IMG/VR virus record: IMGVR_UViG_2648501839_000008 | DNA length: 64,000 bases | Direction: 5' to 3' (one strand) | DNA from: a virus | Taxonomy: Duplodnaviria; Heunggongvirae; Uroviricota; Caudoviricetes | Shown: one piece after another, positions 47,961-57,606 of the stretch | Layout: each line of letters begins with the position of its first letter | Numbering within the stretch: position 1 is the first letter of the stretch | Translations under genes and position numbers: made by a program | The notes under the pieces: model-generated | What the model saw: the letters and a program-made list of their open reading frames with translations, nothing else | Database searches by the model: none | What the model was told of the DNA's origin: nothing

Positions 47961-48022
47961 TCTTATAGAAAAGAATCAAATTGTGACCGCCATTATCAAC
48001 TGATTGATTAAGCTAATTACAC

Positions 48023-49252
48023 TCAAACATCCCCGTTCTTAATCCACTGCCTGACTTGCTCGTCTTGTGCGACTTCTTTCTCATGTTTGGCAATATACAA
48101 GTCTGGCAATAGGGGTGGAGCGAATTCAGGCTCTGTCGCACGCCACTTTTCATATGCGTCACGCATGGATTTCTCAACATTCCAATGCTCCAACTCTTGG
48201 TATTCAATCGGCCAGTTATCCTGCAATCTCTTCACTGCATTAGCCAGGTCGTATCGGAAGTAAGGATTAAGACCAATGAAATTACCAGCCAGCATGTCAT
48301 CAACCTCCTTCACTCTGGCAATCTTAGAAAACTTACCAATAGCAATGTTGAGGTCCCAATCTGACACGAACAACAAAAGTGCTGCAAATGCCAGAAACTT
48401 AGCTTCCCCGTATGCTCTGTCGCTAACCGTTTTTGTCTGAAACTCAATGTAATTGCCCATCACAAAACTAGTAAGCTTACAGGTATTACTTATCTCGTCC
48501 TCCAAATGCGATGGATCGAGAATTGTGCGGTCACGATTATTGTTTATGTGTTCTAAGATTACAGCAATGTCTCTATGTGAGACTGAAATTTCACGCAATT
48601 GCTGGAGAGTCTTGATGTGAACTCTTAGCACCTCTTTGTCAATCGCACGCTTCCAAGAAAAACCAGGCACAGTAACCTGAATGGGCGCGAAAGGTAGAAT
48701 ATCAGGAGTTGTCCATGCTAGATATGCATCACGTAACCCACTAATATAATAAAGCCAGTCTAAATGCTCGCTTTCTAACCATATTTCAAATGTGGAATCC
48801 TTTCGCTTATTGAAGAACCATTCCCTCATCTGCCACATTTTTTCTTGAGTAAATATCCCTTCCTGTATGCCGGCACAGACCAGCTTTCGTATTACCTGCG
48901 AATACTTTGTTCGATCTTTTGTGAATGAGACAAGGTGCTGCTTCACCTCAGATGTTAGTCTATCTCCATAGAAATCACATGATGGATGATGGCCTTGACC
49001 ATCTTCACCGGTAAATCTGAAATGCGCCTTCTTGTGATAGCCACCATTCCTAGTGGCTCTAACGAACGAACCACCTCCAACTTTGCAAATGGGGCAGATG
49101 ATATCGTCACGGGCAATAGCATGAACCGAGCTGTCATCTAAATTCTTTAGCGCCAAGTACTGCTCAGGATCGACTTCTTTTTGTAACGATTTTGAAAAAG
49201 CGGTATCAGTCATTCCAAGCTCCGAGCAAGGGGTTATTTGTTCAATTATCAT
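48023..49252 (-). CDS. Hypothetical protein (409 aa) with N-terminal Cys/His cluster
   Basis: ORF track; ...CPICKVGGG...HHPSCDF... possible zinc-binding motif; AT-richer than the structural genes. Confidence 0.45.
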   Translation of the reverse strand: MIIEQITPCSELGMTDTAFSKSLQKEVDPEQYLALKNLDDSSVHAIARDDIICPICKVGGGSFVRATRNGGYHKKAHFRFTGEDGQGHHPSCDFYGDRLTSEVKQHLVSFTKDRTKYSQVIRKLVCAGIQEGIFTQEKMWQMREWFFNKRKDSTFEIWLESEHLDWLYYISGLRDAYLAWTTPDILPFAPIQVTVPGFSWKRAIDKEVLRVHIKTLQQLREISVSHRDIAVILEHINNNRDRTILDPSHLEDEISNTCKLTSFVMGNYIEFQTKTVSDRAYGEAKFLAFAALLLFVSDWDLNIAIGKFSKIARVKEVDDMLAGNFIGLNPYFRYDLANAVKRLQDNWPIEYQELEHWNVEKSMRDAYEKWRATEPEFAPPLLPDLYIAKHEKEVAQDEQVRQWIKNGDV

Positions 49253-49383
49253 TCGGAATTATTTACTGTCTCGCCCAGTTTCACGTCATTTTATTCCCTA
49301 GTCTAGCTTTTCTAGGGTATACAGCTTATTACAAGCTCCTCATTATTAACTGTTTCCGTAACTCATTGATCCGCTTATACACT

Positions 49384-49683
49384 CTACCAACACCAGCACT
49401 CAAGCCCTTCAACGATCGGCGCACCACAATCAAAATGTACAGAGTCAAAGCCTACATCAAGTACTTTCTGAATGTTAGCAATCGCGCCTTCGGATATACC
49501 ATATCGACGCAAGTCGTCTTTCCAGACATCATCCTGTAACCCGGCGTGGACAATACAACCGCCATCAATTTGTGAAACCCAATCCAGCTCATTGCTTGCG
49601 ATCATGAATCGGCGAGCATCTTCCTCTGATGTATGAGATGAACTGATCAATGCCACCTGGTAGGCTTGGGTAATGTTCAACAT
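49384..49683 (-). CDS. Hypothetical early protein
   Basis: ORF track trimmed to the ATG at 49683 with GGAG RBS. Confidence 0.4.
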   Translation of the reverse strand: MLNITQAYQVALISSSHTSEEDARRFMIASNELDWVSQIDGGCIVHAGLQDDVWKDDLRRYGISEGAIANIQKVLDVGFDSVHFDCGAPIVEGLECWCW

Positions 49684-49695
49684 TTCAACCACTCC

Positions 49696-49762
49696 GAAAC
49701 AATTTGTTTTCTTATGTGGCTTATTATCTCAATCAACAAAAGGTAGAAAACAAATTGTTTTA
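49696..49762 (-). promoter_or_regulatory. Class-A sites (two palindromes)
   Basis: gaaacaatttgttttct ... ttattatctc ... gaaaacaaattgtttta. Confidence 0.5.
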
Positions 49763-49797
49763 GGGCTTGTGTAAATCAGGAGGGATTGTGTCTATAT

Positions 49798-49825
49798 GAA
49801 AAATGCCCAGCGTGTTGCCGGGCAT
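49798..49825 (-). terminator. Rho-independent terminator of metG
   Basis: ATGCCCGG...CTGGGCAT stem plus TTTTT on the minus strand, 20 nt after the metG stop. Confidence 0.7.
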
Positions 49826-49845
49826 TGCGAACAGAGGTTGCTTAA

Positions 49846-51879
49846 TTACTTAACCTGGTGGCCAGGTTTAGCACCAGCATCCGGGCTTAACAGGAAGATA
49901 TCTTTCCCGCCGGGGCCAGCAGCCATCACCATACCTTCGGAGATGCCGAAGCGCATCTTACGCGGAGCCAGGTTAGCCACCATAATGGTGTGACGACCAA
50001 TCAGTGCCTGTGGGTCTGGATAAGCAGAACGGATGCCTGAGAAGACATTGCGTTTTTCACCGCCGAGATCCAGCGTCAGGCGCAGCAGTTTGTCAGAACC
50101 TTCAACAAACTCTGCGTTTTCGATCAGTGCCACGCGCAGGTCAACTTTGGCAAAGTCGTCAAAGGTGATGGTTTCCTGAATCGGGTCGTCTGCCAGCGGG
50201 CCAGTAACTGGCGCGGCAGTAGCTTTCACTTCTTCTTTAGACGCTTCCACCAATGCTTCCACCTGTTTCATGTCGATACGGTTATACAGTGCTTTGAACG
50301 GATTCACTTTATGGCCCAGCAGCGGTTGCTGGATGCCATCCCAGGTCAGTTCCGTATTCAGGAATGCTTCCGCACGTTCTGTCAGTTTCGGCAGTACCGG
50401 TTTCAGGTAAGTCATCAGCACGCGGAACAGGTTGATGCCCATTGAGCAAATCGCCTGCAGGTCAGCATCGCGACCTTCCTGTTTTGCGACTACCCAAGGA
50501 GCCTGCTCGTCGACATAGCGGTTAGCCAGGTCAGCCAGTGCCATGATTTCACGGATAGCTTTACCAAATTCGCGGCTTTCCCACGCTTCACCAATCACTT
50601 CAGCGGCATCAGTGAAGGTTTTGTACAACTGCGGGTCAGCCAGCTCGCTTGCCAGCACACCGTCAAAACGCTTATTGATAAAGCCAGCGTTACGGGACGC
50701 CAGGTTAACCACTTTGTTCACGATATCGGCATTCACACGCTGAACGAAATCCTCCAGGTTGAGATCGATATCATCAATGCGCGAAGAGAGTTTCGCAGTG
50801 TAGTAGTAACGCAGGCTGTCAGCGTCAAAATGATTCAACCAGGTGCTGGCTTTAATAAAGGTGCCGCGAGACTTGGACATCTTCGCGCCGTTCACCGTCA
50901 CATAGCCGTGAACAAACAGGTTGGTCGGCTTGCGGAAGTTGCTGCCTTCCAGCATGGCAGGCCAGAACAGGCTGTGGAAGTAAACGATATCTTTACCGAT
51001 GAAGTGGTACAGCTCGGCGGTGGAGTCTTTCTTCCAGTATTCATCGAAGCTGGTAGTGTCGCCGCGCTTGTCGCACAGATTCTTGAAGGAACCCATGTAG
51101 CCAATCGGTGCGTCCAGCCAGACGTAGAAATATTTACCCGGCGCGTTCGGAATTTCAAAACCGAAGTAAGGTGCGTCGCGGGAGATATCCCACTGTTGCA
51201 GACCAGATTCAAACCACTCCTGCATTTTGTTTGCCACCTGCTCCTGCAACGCACCGCTGCGGGTCCATGCCTGCAACATTTCGCTGAAAGAGGGCAGATC
51301 AAAGAAGAAGTGTTCAGAATCACGCATTACCGGGGTAGCACCAGAAACCACCGATTTCGGCTCGATCAGTTCAGTCGGGCTGTAGGTCGCGCCGCAAACT
51401 TCACAGTTATCGCCGTATTGATCTGGCGCTTTACATTTCGGGCAGGTGCCTTTCACAAAACGATCCGGCAGGAACATGCCTTTTTCCGGGTCGTACAACT
51501 GAGAGATAGTGCGATTTTTAATAAAACCGTTCTCTTTCAGGCGAGTATAGATAAGCTCAGACAACTGACGGTTCTCTTCGCTGTGCGTCGAGTGATAGTT
51601 GTCATAGCTGATGTTAAAGCCTGCGAAATCAGTCTGGTGTTCCTGACTCATTTCGCCAATCATCTGCTCCGGTGTGATACCAAGTTGCTGTGCTTTCAGC
51701 ATGATCGGCGTACCGTGGGCATCGTCGGCACAGATGAAATTAACCTCGTGGCCGCGCATTCGCTGGTAACGAACCCAGACATCAGCCTGGATGTGCTCCA
51801 GCATATGGCCGAGGTGGATTGAGCCGTTAGCGTACGGCAGCGCGCACGTCACCAGAATTTTCTTCGCGACTTGGGTCAT
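49846..51879 (-). CDS. metG: Methionyl-tRNA synthetase
   Basis: 677-aa translation from [26 protein letters not shown] (HIGH-type motif) through KMSKS to the C-terminal tRNA-binding domain; enterobacterial MetRS; true ATG at 51877-51879 (track ORF extended upstream). Confidence 0.95.
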   Translation of the reverse strand: MTQVAKKILVTCALPYANGSIHLGHMLEHIQADVWVRYQRMRGHEVNFICADDAHGTPIMLKAQQLGITPEQMIGEMSQEHQTDFAGFNISYDNYHSTHSEENRQLSELIYTRLKENGFIKNRTISQLYDPEKGMFLPDRFVKGTCPKCKAPDQYGDNCEVCGATYSPTELIEPKSVVSGATPVMRDSEHFFFDLPSFSEMLQAWTRSGALQEQVANKMQEWFESGLQQWDISRDAPYFGFEIPNAPGKYFYVWLDAPIGYMGSFKNLCDKRGDTTSFDEYWKKDSTAELYHFIGKDIVYFHSLFWPAMLEGSNFRKPTNLFVHGYVTVNGAKMSKSRGTFIKASTWLNHFDADSLRYYYTAKLSSRIDDIDLNLEDFVQRVNADIVNKVVNLASRNAGFINKRFDGVLASELADPQLYKTFTDAAEVIGEAWESREFGKAIREIMALADLANRYVDEQAPWVVAKQEGRDADLQAICSMGINLFRVLMTYLKPVLPKLTERAEAFLNTELTWDGIQQPLLGHKVNPFKALYNRIDMKQVEALVEASKEEVKATAAPVTGPLADDPIQETITFDDFAKVDLRVALIENAEFVEGSDKLLRLTLDLGGEKRNVFSGIRSAYPDPQALIGRHTIMVANLAPRKMRFGISEGMVMAAGPGGKDIFLLSPDAGAKPGHQVK

Positions 51880-52036
51880 AGTAGGCATTACTTCTTTGTA
51901 GTGAAAAGGGGCTTGATAGTAACAAAATGGCCTTATGTCTGCCATGTGATAACAGCATTTCTCATAAATGATTAAATGTCGCAGCTGGAGTACACTACAA
52001 GGCGACAATTGCGCAAATTAAAATAAAGGAGACGGG

Positions 52037-53137
52037 ATGAGCGAGTCCAAATCGCCGGATGCCCTGAGAGCAATGGTAGCCGGTACGCTGGCTAATTTTC
52101 AGCACCCAACCCTGAAACACAACCTGACTACGCTTAAAGCGTTACACCATGTTGCGTTGATGGATGACACACTGCATGTCGAACTAATCATGCCTTTCGT
52201 GTGGAATAAGCCTTTTGAAGACCTGAAAGAGCAATGTAGTGGTGATCTGCTCCGTATCACTGGCGCAAAGGCTATTGACTGGAAGCTGTCGTACAACATT
52301 GCCACGCTTAAGCGCGTCAAAAACCAACCAGGCATTAATGGTGTTAAGAATATTATCGCCGTAAGCTCAGGCAAGGGCGGTGTAGGCAAATCGTCCACAG
52401 CAGTAAACTTGGCACTGGCTTTGGCTGCTGAAGGTGCGAAAGTTGGTATTTTGGATGCCGATATCTATGGTCCATCAATTCCAACCATGCTGGGCGCGGA
52501 AAACCAACGTCCAACCTCACCTGACGGTACTCACATGGCACCTATCATGTCTCATGGCCTGGCAACCAACTCTATTGGTTATCTGGTCACCGACGACAAT
52601 GCAATGGTGTGGCGTGGACCGATGGCCAGCAAGGCGCTGATGCAGATGTTGCAGGAAACTCTATGGCCTGATCTGGACTATCTCGTTCTCGATATGCCGC
52701 CGGGCACTGGTGATATTCAGTTGACGCTGGCGCAGAACATTCCTGTAACTGGTGCGGTTGTGGTAACTACGCCGCAAGACATCGCGCTGATCGATGCGAA
52801 GAAAGGCATTGTGATGTTCGAAAAAGTCGAAGTGCCGGTACTAGGTATCGTCGAAAACATGAGTGTGCATATTTGCAGTAACTGCGGTCATCACGAGCCA
52901 ATTTTTGGCACCGGTGGCGCACAGAAACTGGCCGAGAAATACAACACGCAGTTGTTAGGCCAAATGCCACTTCATATCTCTCTTCGTGAAGATCTGGATA
53001 ACGGAACACCAACCGTTATTAGTCGTCCAGATAGCGAATTTACGGCTATTTATCGTGACCTCGCAGATCGCGTTGCTGCCCAAATGTATTGGCAAGGTGA
53101 AGTAATACCTGGCGAAATCGCATTCCGCGCAGTGTGA
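52037..53137 (+). CDS. apbC: Fe-S cluster carrier ATPase ApbC/Mrp
   Basis: Deviant Walker A SGKGGVGKSS, CxxC motif ...HICSNCGHH..., divergent from metG as in enterobacterial chromosomes; RBS AAGGAG. Confidence 0.9.
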   Translation: MSESKSPDALRAMVAGTLANFQHPTLKHNLTTLKALHHVALMDDTLHVELIMPFVWNKPFEDLKEQCSGDLLRITGAKAIDWKLSYNIATLKRVKNQPGINGVKNIIAVSSGKGGVGKSSTAVNLALALAAEGAKVGILDADIYGPSIPTMLGAENQRPTSPDGTHMAPIMSHGLATNSIGYLVTDDNAMVWRGPMASKALMQMLQETLWPDLDYLVLDMPPGTGDIQLTLAQNIPVTGAVVVTTPQDIALIDAKKGIVMFEKVEVPVLGIVENMSVHICSNCGHHEPIFGTGGAQKLAEKYNTQLLGQMPLHISLREDLDNGTPTVISRPDSEFTAIYRDLADRVAAQMYWQGEVIPGEIAFRAV

Positions 53138-53174
53138 TAAAAAGGTGGTGCAATGCACCACCTAAACAGTTCTC

Positions 53175-53564
53175 CTACATCACAGGACAATCATCAAACT
53201 CGCCACTTCTTGCGTCGTTGATAATGTGAGTGATCACACCAAACACGGCATTGCTGCCCGTGCATCCATCATCATCCTTTGGCAATGCTTCCTTCTTACC
53301 AGTTCTTAAATCCTCCAGATGCTGACGTGGATACTTCCGGTATCTTTTTACGCGATATTCCCCATCCAGAGCACATACAAGAAGAGATCCATCAACAGGA
53401 GTCAGTGAGGAATCGACCACCAGCAATGCACCCTGCAATATTCCCTCACGATGATGACTATCAGCCGCCCTCATGAAGTAGGTCGCTGAAGGATGTCTAA
53501 TTATCTGCTGATCAAGAGAAATACGGCTCTCAGCATAATCCGCCGCAGGAGAAGGGAAGCCCAT
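53175..53564 (-). CDS. UmuD-like (LexA/S24 peptidase family) protein
   Basis: C-terminal domain aligns with the UmuD/LexA catalytic core (Ser in ...AADSHH..., Lys in ...RVKRYRK...); SOS box immediately upstream. Confidence 0.65.
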   Translation of the reverse strand: MGFPSPAADYAESRISLDQQIIRHPSATYFMRAADSHHREGILQGALLVVDSSLTPVDGSLLVCALDGEYRVKRYRKYPRQHLEDLRTGKKEALPKDDDGCTGSNAVFGVITHIINDARSGEFDDCPVM

Positions 53565-53580
53565 AATACTCGCCTCTTAA

Positions 53581-53600
53581 TACTGTATATGCATACAGTA
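53581..53600. promoter_or_regulatory. LexA (SOS) box
   Basis: TACTGTATATGCATACAGTA = CTGT-N8-ACAG consensus, about 17 nt upstream of the UmuD-like start. Confidence 0.75.
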
Positions 53601-53894
53601 TATGTTGAAGCTATATATTTTTGAACTCTATCTCTTAAAAAAGATGTTAATAAGATGCTAACTATTGAAAGGCATAAATATATACAATTCCAACAAACGT
53701 TATTTTTAACAAATTTTTACTTCCCATTGACTTTCCCAGACTCCTTGTCTGAACTAATGTCCGCGGAAACCACTTTTTCCTTTACGAGTTATCCACAAAG
53801 TTATGCACTTGCACATAGTCTCTATAAATCCTATCTTAATTCGCAAGACACTGATGTTGCGGTATTGTGGGTACATTTGGTTAAAAACGGACAT

Positions 53895-53928
53895 TAAAAA
53901 AGCCCAGTTGACTAGGCTGGGCTTTTTA
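53895..53928. terminator. Bidirectional rho-independent terminator
   Basis: AAAAAAGCCCAG...CTGGGCTTTTT. Confidence 0.6.
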
Positions 53929-53959
53929 AAAGGAAACAGAGTTTGCGCCTCTGTTCCTG

Positions 53960-54157
53960 AGCCATAAGTATCTGGCGACTGAGCTAAGATTAACCGAATG
54001 TACTGGATTCATCAAGAAACGTTGAGCCGTCATGCTAGGTAATAATGACCATTTACCAAACATCGTTGTTCTCAAAGAAGATTTAAGTCCAGGTTTTTGG
54101 TGACTCTAAAACCTTACCTTAACTCGAAATCGTGCCGTAAGTATCTGGCGACTACAG
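53960..54157. repeat. Direct repeats (gtaagtatctggcgact x2; aaatcgtgccg x2) in a noncoding region
   Basis: Copies at 53965/54136 and 54126/54246. Confidence 0.5.
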
Positions 54158-54325
54158 ATATTGCAACTGCAAAGGCAAGCTCAAAGGTATTTGCAGCTAG
54201 GTGCGATAAAACTAAGTGAGGCCTATAGTGCTTAACTTACTTTTCAAAATCGTGCCGCCTATGTTCGCAATCATCGAAGCGATCATTGAGTACGTCAACC
54301 AGCGCCCATAATGCTAGTTGTTACC

Positions 54326-54350
54326 GGCCCCATCCAAATGGGGCCATTTT
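54326..54350 (+). terminator. Hairpin terminator
   Basis: GGCCCCATCCAAATGGGGCC followed by ATTTTATT. Confidence 0.5.
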
Positions 54351-54360
54351 ATTGTATTGA

Positions 54361-55032
54361 CTACATACTTTCTGATCTAATTGAGTTGTTCACTGCTCTG
54401 GCAATTTTCTCCCGCAATTGCTGCGTTCCGTGGTACTGAACCGCAATATCCCGCAACTCATTCACCAGTTCTCTAATCTGGTGATCTTTAAGCTCATTAT
54501 TTGGGTGATGGGCAACAACTCTGGTTAATTCACCCTTGTCTTTTGCTCTTACGTATGCAGCTCTTGTGCATTCGACCCATGTATTACCGCCTACATTAAC
54601 TTCGTAGATTAGGCTGGACTTATCTGTCAATTCGGAACAAATACGGGCCGTGGTCTGGCAACTAGAGCATTCGCAGTTATCGCGGAAACCGTGATCTACT
54701 GGCTTCGGTTTCACATCATCAACTTTTTCTACCCTATCGGAATTTAAATACTTCGAAGCCTTGCTATGCCAATCGCTGGTTTTAGGATCTTGTCCATCCA
54801 TCAAACGCCAGGCTTCAGCGATTAACTCATAACTAGTGACTGTAGCTTCCTGCGCATCACCAATAAGTCGTGTAATCTCTCTTTCAAGCCGACCGCCTAA
54901 CTCCGTTTTAGTGCAATGTTCTGACCAATCGCCAGCCTCAAGAAGCGCGAGAATGCTTAAAATATCGTCCAATAGAACGGTAGTATTATCGACTTCCTTC
55001 TGAAACTCACCGGCTACTGATTTATGCATCAT
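54361..55032 (-). CDS. Hypothetical protein (223 aa)
   Basis: ORF track; last gene of a coupled nine-gene operon. Confidence 0.4.
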   Translation of the reverse strand: MMHKSVAGEFQKEVDNTTVLLDDILSILALLEAGDWSEHCTKTELGGRLEREITRLIGDAQEATVTSYELIAEAWRLMDGQDPKTSDWHSKASKYLNSDRVEKVDDVKPKPVDHGFRDNCECSSCQTTARICSELTDKSSLIYEVNVGGNTWVECTRAAYVRAKDKGELTRVVAHHPNNELKDHQIRELVNELRDIAVQYHGTQQLREKIARAVNNSIRSESM

Positions 55033-55682
55033 TCGTCATCCTCATCCGAGTCATCCTCATCACAGGATGAGAGTAGTGGGTTAGTCATTCGCCCTACTTG
55101 AGTGGCGTAGCCACGCCGACAGAGATTGCGCAGCACACTGTATATTTCGAACATCTCGGTTCGTTCATCGCCAACATCAAGCTCAGATGCTATAGCGTGG
55201 CATTCAGTCGCGAGAGCCGATATTTTCTGAAATAACTCTGCATTATTCACTGTTCGACTCCTGCGGCGTTCTGGTAGTGGCATCCAGTGTGTGACATTGC
55301 TAATCAGACCATATTCATTAGTTTGAGGATGGTTGCCGTTATCGTCTCCGTATTTAAGACTCTCCATAAAGCCATAATGCCTATTACCATTAACGCTCAC
55401 AAAGCCGTAATAAGCAGGTATAACGCCGATCTCACACGTAACCAGTAAAGGAAAACTAGTTCTCCAATTTAGCTCGCCAATTACAGGCATTCGCTCACTA
55501 CAGCTTATCCAACCATCCTTAGATGCGGCTGTATTGGCATAGGCCTTACGGTGCTTCTGTAGCTCTGCTGCAATCGCTCTCACGACTTCAACTGGTGCCC
55601 TTGCAGCAAACTCAATGTTGGTGATCAGCTCATTAAGATATTTCTCGCTTGGGTAGCATTTCTTATTGTTAACGGTGGTCAT
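55029..55682 (-). CDS. Hypothetical prophage protein (DUF551-like WMPLPE motif, acidic C-terminal tail)
   Basis: ORF track; motif recognition only. Confidence 0.4.
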   Translation of the reverse strand: MTTVNNKKCYPSEKYLNELITNIEFAARAPVEVVRAIAAELQKHRKAYANTAASKDGWISCSERMPVIGELNWRTSFPLLVTCEIGVIPAYYGFVSVNGNRHYGFMESLKYGDDNGNHPQTNEYGLISNVTHWMPLPERRRSRTVNNAELFQKISALATECHAIASELDVGDERTEMFEIYSVLRNLCRRGYATQVGRMTNPLLSSCDEDDSDEDDE

Positions 55683-55867
55683 TAGGCAGCTCTCTCAACA
55701 ACAAGCAATTCGTCGTAGTCATAATCAGTTTCGGAACCATCCGTACCGAACAGAGTCACTTTGTCATTTTCCATCCAAAAAGATTTAACCGCACATTGTT
55801 GACCTTTAGATGTTATGAGCACATCACCAGGGATTACGTCTTCAGCGCGAACCTCTAGTGTTCTCAT
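55682..55867 (-). CDS. Small hypothetical protein (61 aa)
   Basis: ORF track; coupled overlaps on both sides. Confidence 0.3.
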   Translation of the reverse strand: MRTLEVRAEDVIPGDVLITSKGQQCAVKSFWMENDKVTLFGTDGSETDYDYDELLVVERAA

Positions 55868-56745
55868 CGTGCTGCCCCCTCTTTGGTGAAAATACCTGCT
55901 GCAATGCTGTTTATGATGCTGTCAGTGCATGGAGTAGAAAGCTGGGCATCTCCAGCAATTTTCATGACCTCAACATCCGCATATCGAATACCGAGGTGTA
56001 TCAGACCGGCTATACCTGACTTAAGTCGAACATTTTCCATAAACAGATCTTTTTCCCGCTGTTTAGCGGCTTCCAACTCCATCGACAATTTTTCCAACTG
56101 CTCTTTATGCTTCTTGTATTCCTGATACGCGTGCCAAGACTGACCTTTGCGCACACTATCAGTGATATCAGCAACCTGCTCTGGTGTTAGCGTGGTCAGT
56201 GGCTGTGATGGAAAAATCATCACTTGCCCGGCATCCCAATCAAAACCCGCCTTAATTGACTGAACCTCAACTGATGGTGTTGAACCGATGCGACCAGGCG
56301 AATGAACAACGATCGTTACATCCATATCGCGACGATGGCTGTGGTTGTTGGACAAAATACGATTCACCAACTCAGAAAATTTGGATAATTTCATGCTGAT
56401 CCCTCTTTCTCTCCCCGGATAATTCTGTTGCACACATCCACACTCGTCGCAGATGAAAACGGCGTCCCCAGCAATTAACTTTTTGACGGCGTACTGGGAT
56501 TTGTTGCAGAAGCTGCAACAAAGTGTTCGCCTGACTGATAAGGATGGAGCGCCAGATGTCAGCCGCTCCATATCGTTCTTGCGACGCAATATCACACGGC
56601 TGAACTCAACCAGTTTCTCCGGGGATATCTCCTCCTCCGTAGCGAGCGTCTCTAGTCGTTCGAGTATGTTGAAGGCTTTTTCTTGGTAATAGCAGAGTGC
56701 GATGTGGTCATTTTCTTTCACCTTCAATGTTCGTGGCGCTGGCAA
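55864..56745 (-). CDS. Protein with ClpX-type C4 zinc ribbon
   Basis: ...[29 protein letters not shown]... resembles the ClpX N-terminal zinc-binding domain. Confidence 0.4.
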   Translation of the reverse strand: MPAPRTLKVKENDHIALCYYQEKAFNILERLETLATEEEISPEKLVEFSRVILRRKNDMERLTSGAPSLSVRRTLCCSFCNKSQYAVKKLIAGDAVFICDECGCVQQNYPGRERGISMKLSKFSELVNRILSNNHSHRRDMDVTIVVHSPGRIGSTPSVEVQSIKAGFDWDAGQVMIFPSQPLTTLTPEQVADITDSVRKGQSWHAYQEYKKHKEQLEKLSMELEAAKQREKDLFMENVRLKSGIAGLIHLGIRYADVEVMKIAGDAQLSTPCTDSIINSIAAGIFTKEGAAR

Positions 56746-57109
56746 GATTGTCCTTGCGAAGAAGAGCGGCTATGCGCTTACTTCCATCCGAGATAACGCC
56801 CTCGTAATACTCACGCTGCTCGTTGAGTTTTGATTTTGCCAACTCCAGTTGTTTTGTTAGTTCCGCAATACGGCAAACATCGTTGATACGCGTTTCCTCT
56901 AATGCGTTGATCTCATCCAGTAGTGCCAGCACGGTTTCTGGTCCGGCCAGAAATTTGAAGGCGTTGAGGGCATCAATATCAACACCGCTATCTTTAAGTT
57001 CCTGTTCGCTTATCAGATCATCATCAACTGGCAACATTAACAGGCGTTCCATTGCCGGAATTGCACGCTCTGCCGCCTCACGCAGTGCCTGATAGTCAAT
57101 CTTGCTCAC
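56708..57109 (-). CDS. Hypothetical coiled-coil protein (133 aa)
   Basis: ORF track. Confidence 0.35.
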   Translation of the reverse strand: MSKIDYQALREAAERAIPAMERLLMLPVDDDLISEQELKDSGVDIDALNAFKFLAGPETVLALLDEINALEETRINDVCRIAELTKQLELAKSKLNEQREYYEGVISDGSKRIAALLRKDNLASATNIEGERK

Positions 57110-57606
57110 TGGATGACTCCTTTACGAAGCTGTTCAGCAATACTTACGCATATCTCTGCGCCTCTAATCAGCCCCGGAACGTTCTTGTTTGGCCCAACTT
57201 CACCATCAACAAAATCAATCATCGCGTTACGAGCCATATCCACGCCCTGCGCACGTACTTCAGCCAGAAAAGCATCGGTGGCTGGAGTCTCCGTTAATTC
57301 GCTAACCCAATTATCTCCGTGTTCCTCGGCACACATCGCATCGAATGCTCGCTCAGATTCTTTCAGGGCTGCATTCTCCGCCGCTAATGCGTCTCTCTGC
57401 GCTCGCAACTTCTCAATTTCGGCAGCCATGTAGTAACCAACCATAGCGAAAGTGGCGAAAGGGTAGTCAGAATCATCAGGAGATACGGAGGCCATTAGCA
57501 GACCATCGTGCATGTTCTGGCTTCCATCAGTGATGGATACCGCATAAGAATCGCTGGTTTCCCGTTTATACAATACGACGACCGGGTTCTTGATTTTCTC
57601 TCTCAT
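57106..57606 (-). CDS. Hypothetical protein (166 aa)
   Basis: ORF track. Confidence 0.35.
   Translation of the reverse strand: MREKIKNPVVVLYKRETSDSYAVSITDGSQNMHDGLLMASVSPDDSDYPFATFAMVGYYMAAEIEKLRAQRDALAAENAALKESERAFDAMCAEEHGDNWVSELTETPATDAFLAEVRAQGVDMARNAMIDFVDGEVGPNKNVPGLIRGAEICVSIAEQLRKGVIQ

Noticed and set aside
50830-51822. 330-aa plus-strand ORF and other ORFs overlapping metG
   Set aside because: Antisense to or out of frame with the highly conserved metG coding sequence, with no RBS context; typical shadow ORFs
49700-53200. IS element or transposon ends flanking metG-apbC
   Set aside because: No transposase ORF, terminal inverted repeats or target-site duplication seen at either junction
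53655-53897. 80-aa plus-strand ORF divergent from the UmuD-like gene, as a confident CDS
   Set aside because: Very AT-rich with odd composition and no clear RBS; mentioned in a finding as a possible SOS-controlled transcript but not annotated as a gene
53940-54300. Possible tRNA or tmRNA gene as an integration target
   Set aside because: No cloverleaf-compatible stems, anticodon loop or CCA context could be drawn by eye; kept only as a repeat-bearing noncoding region
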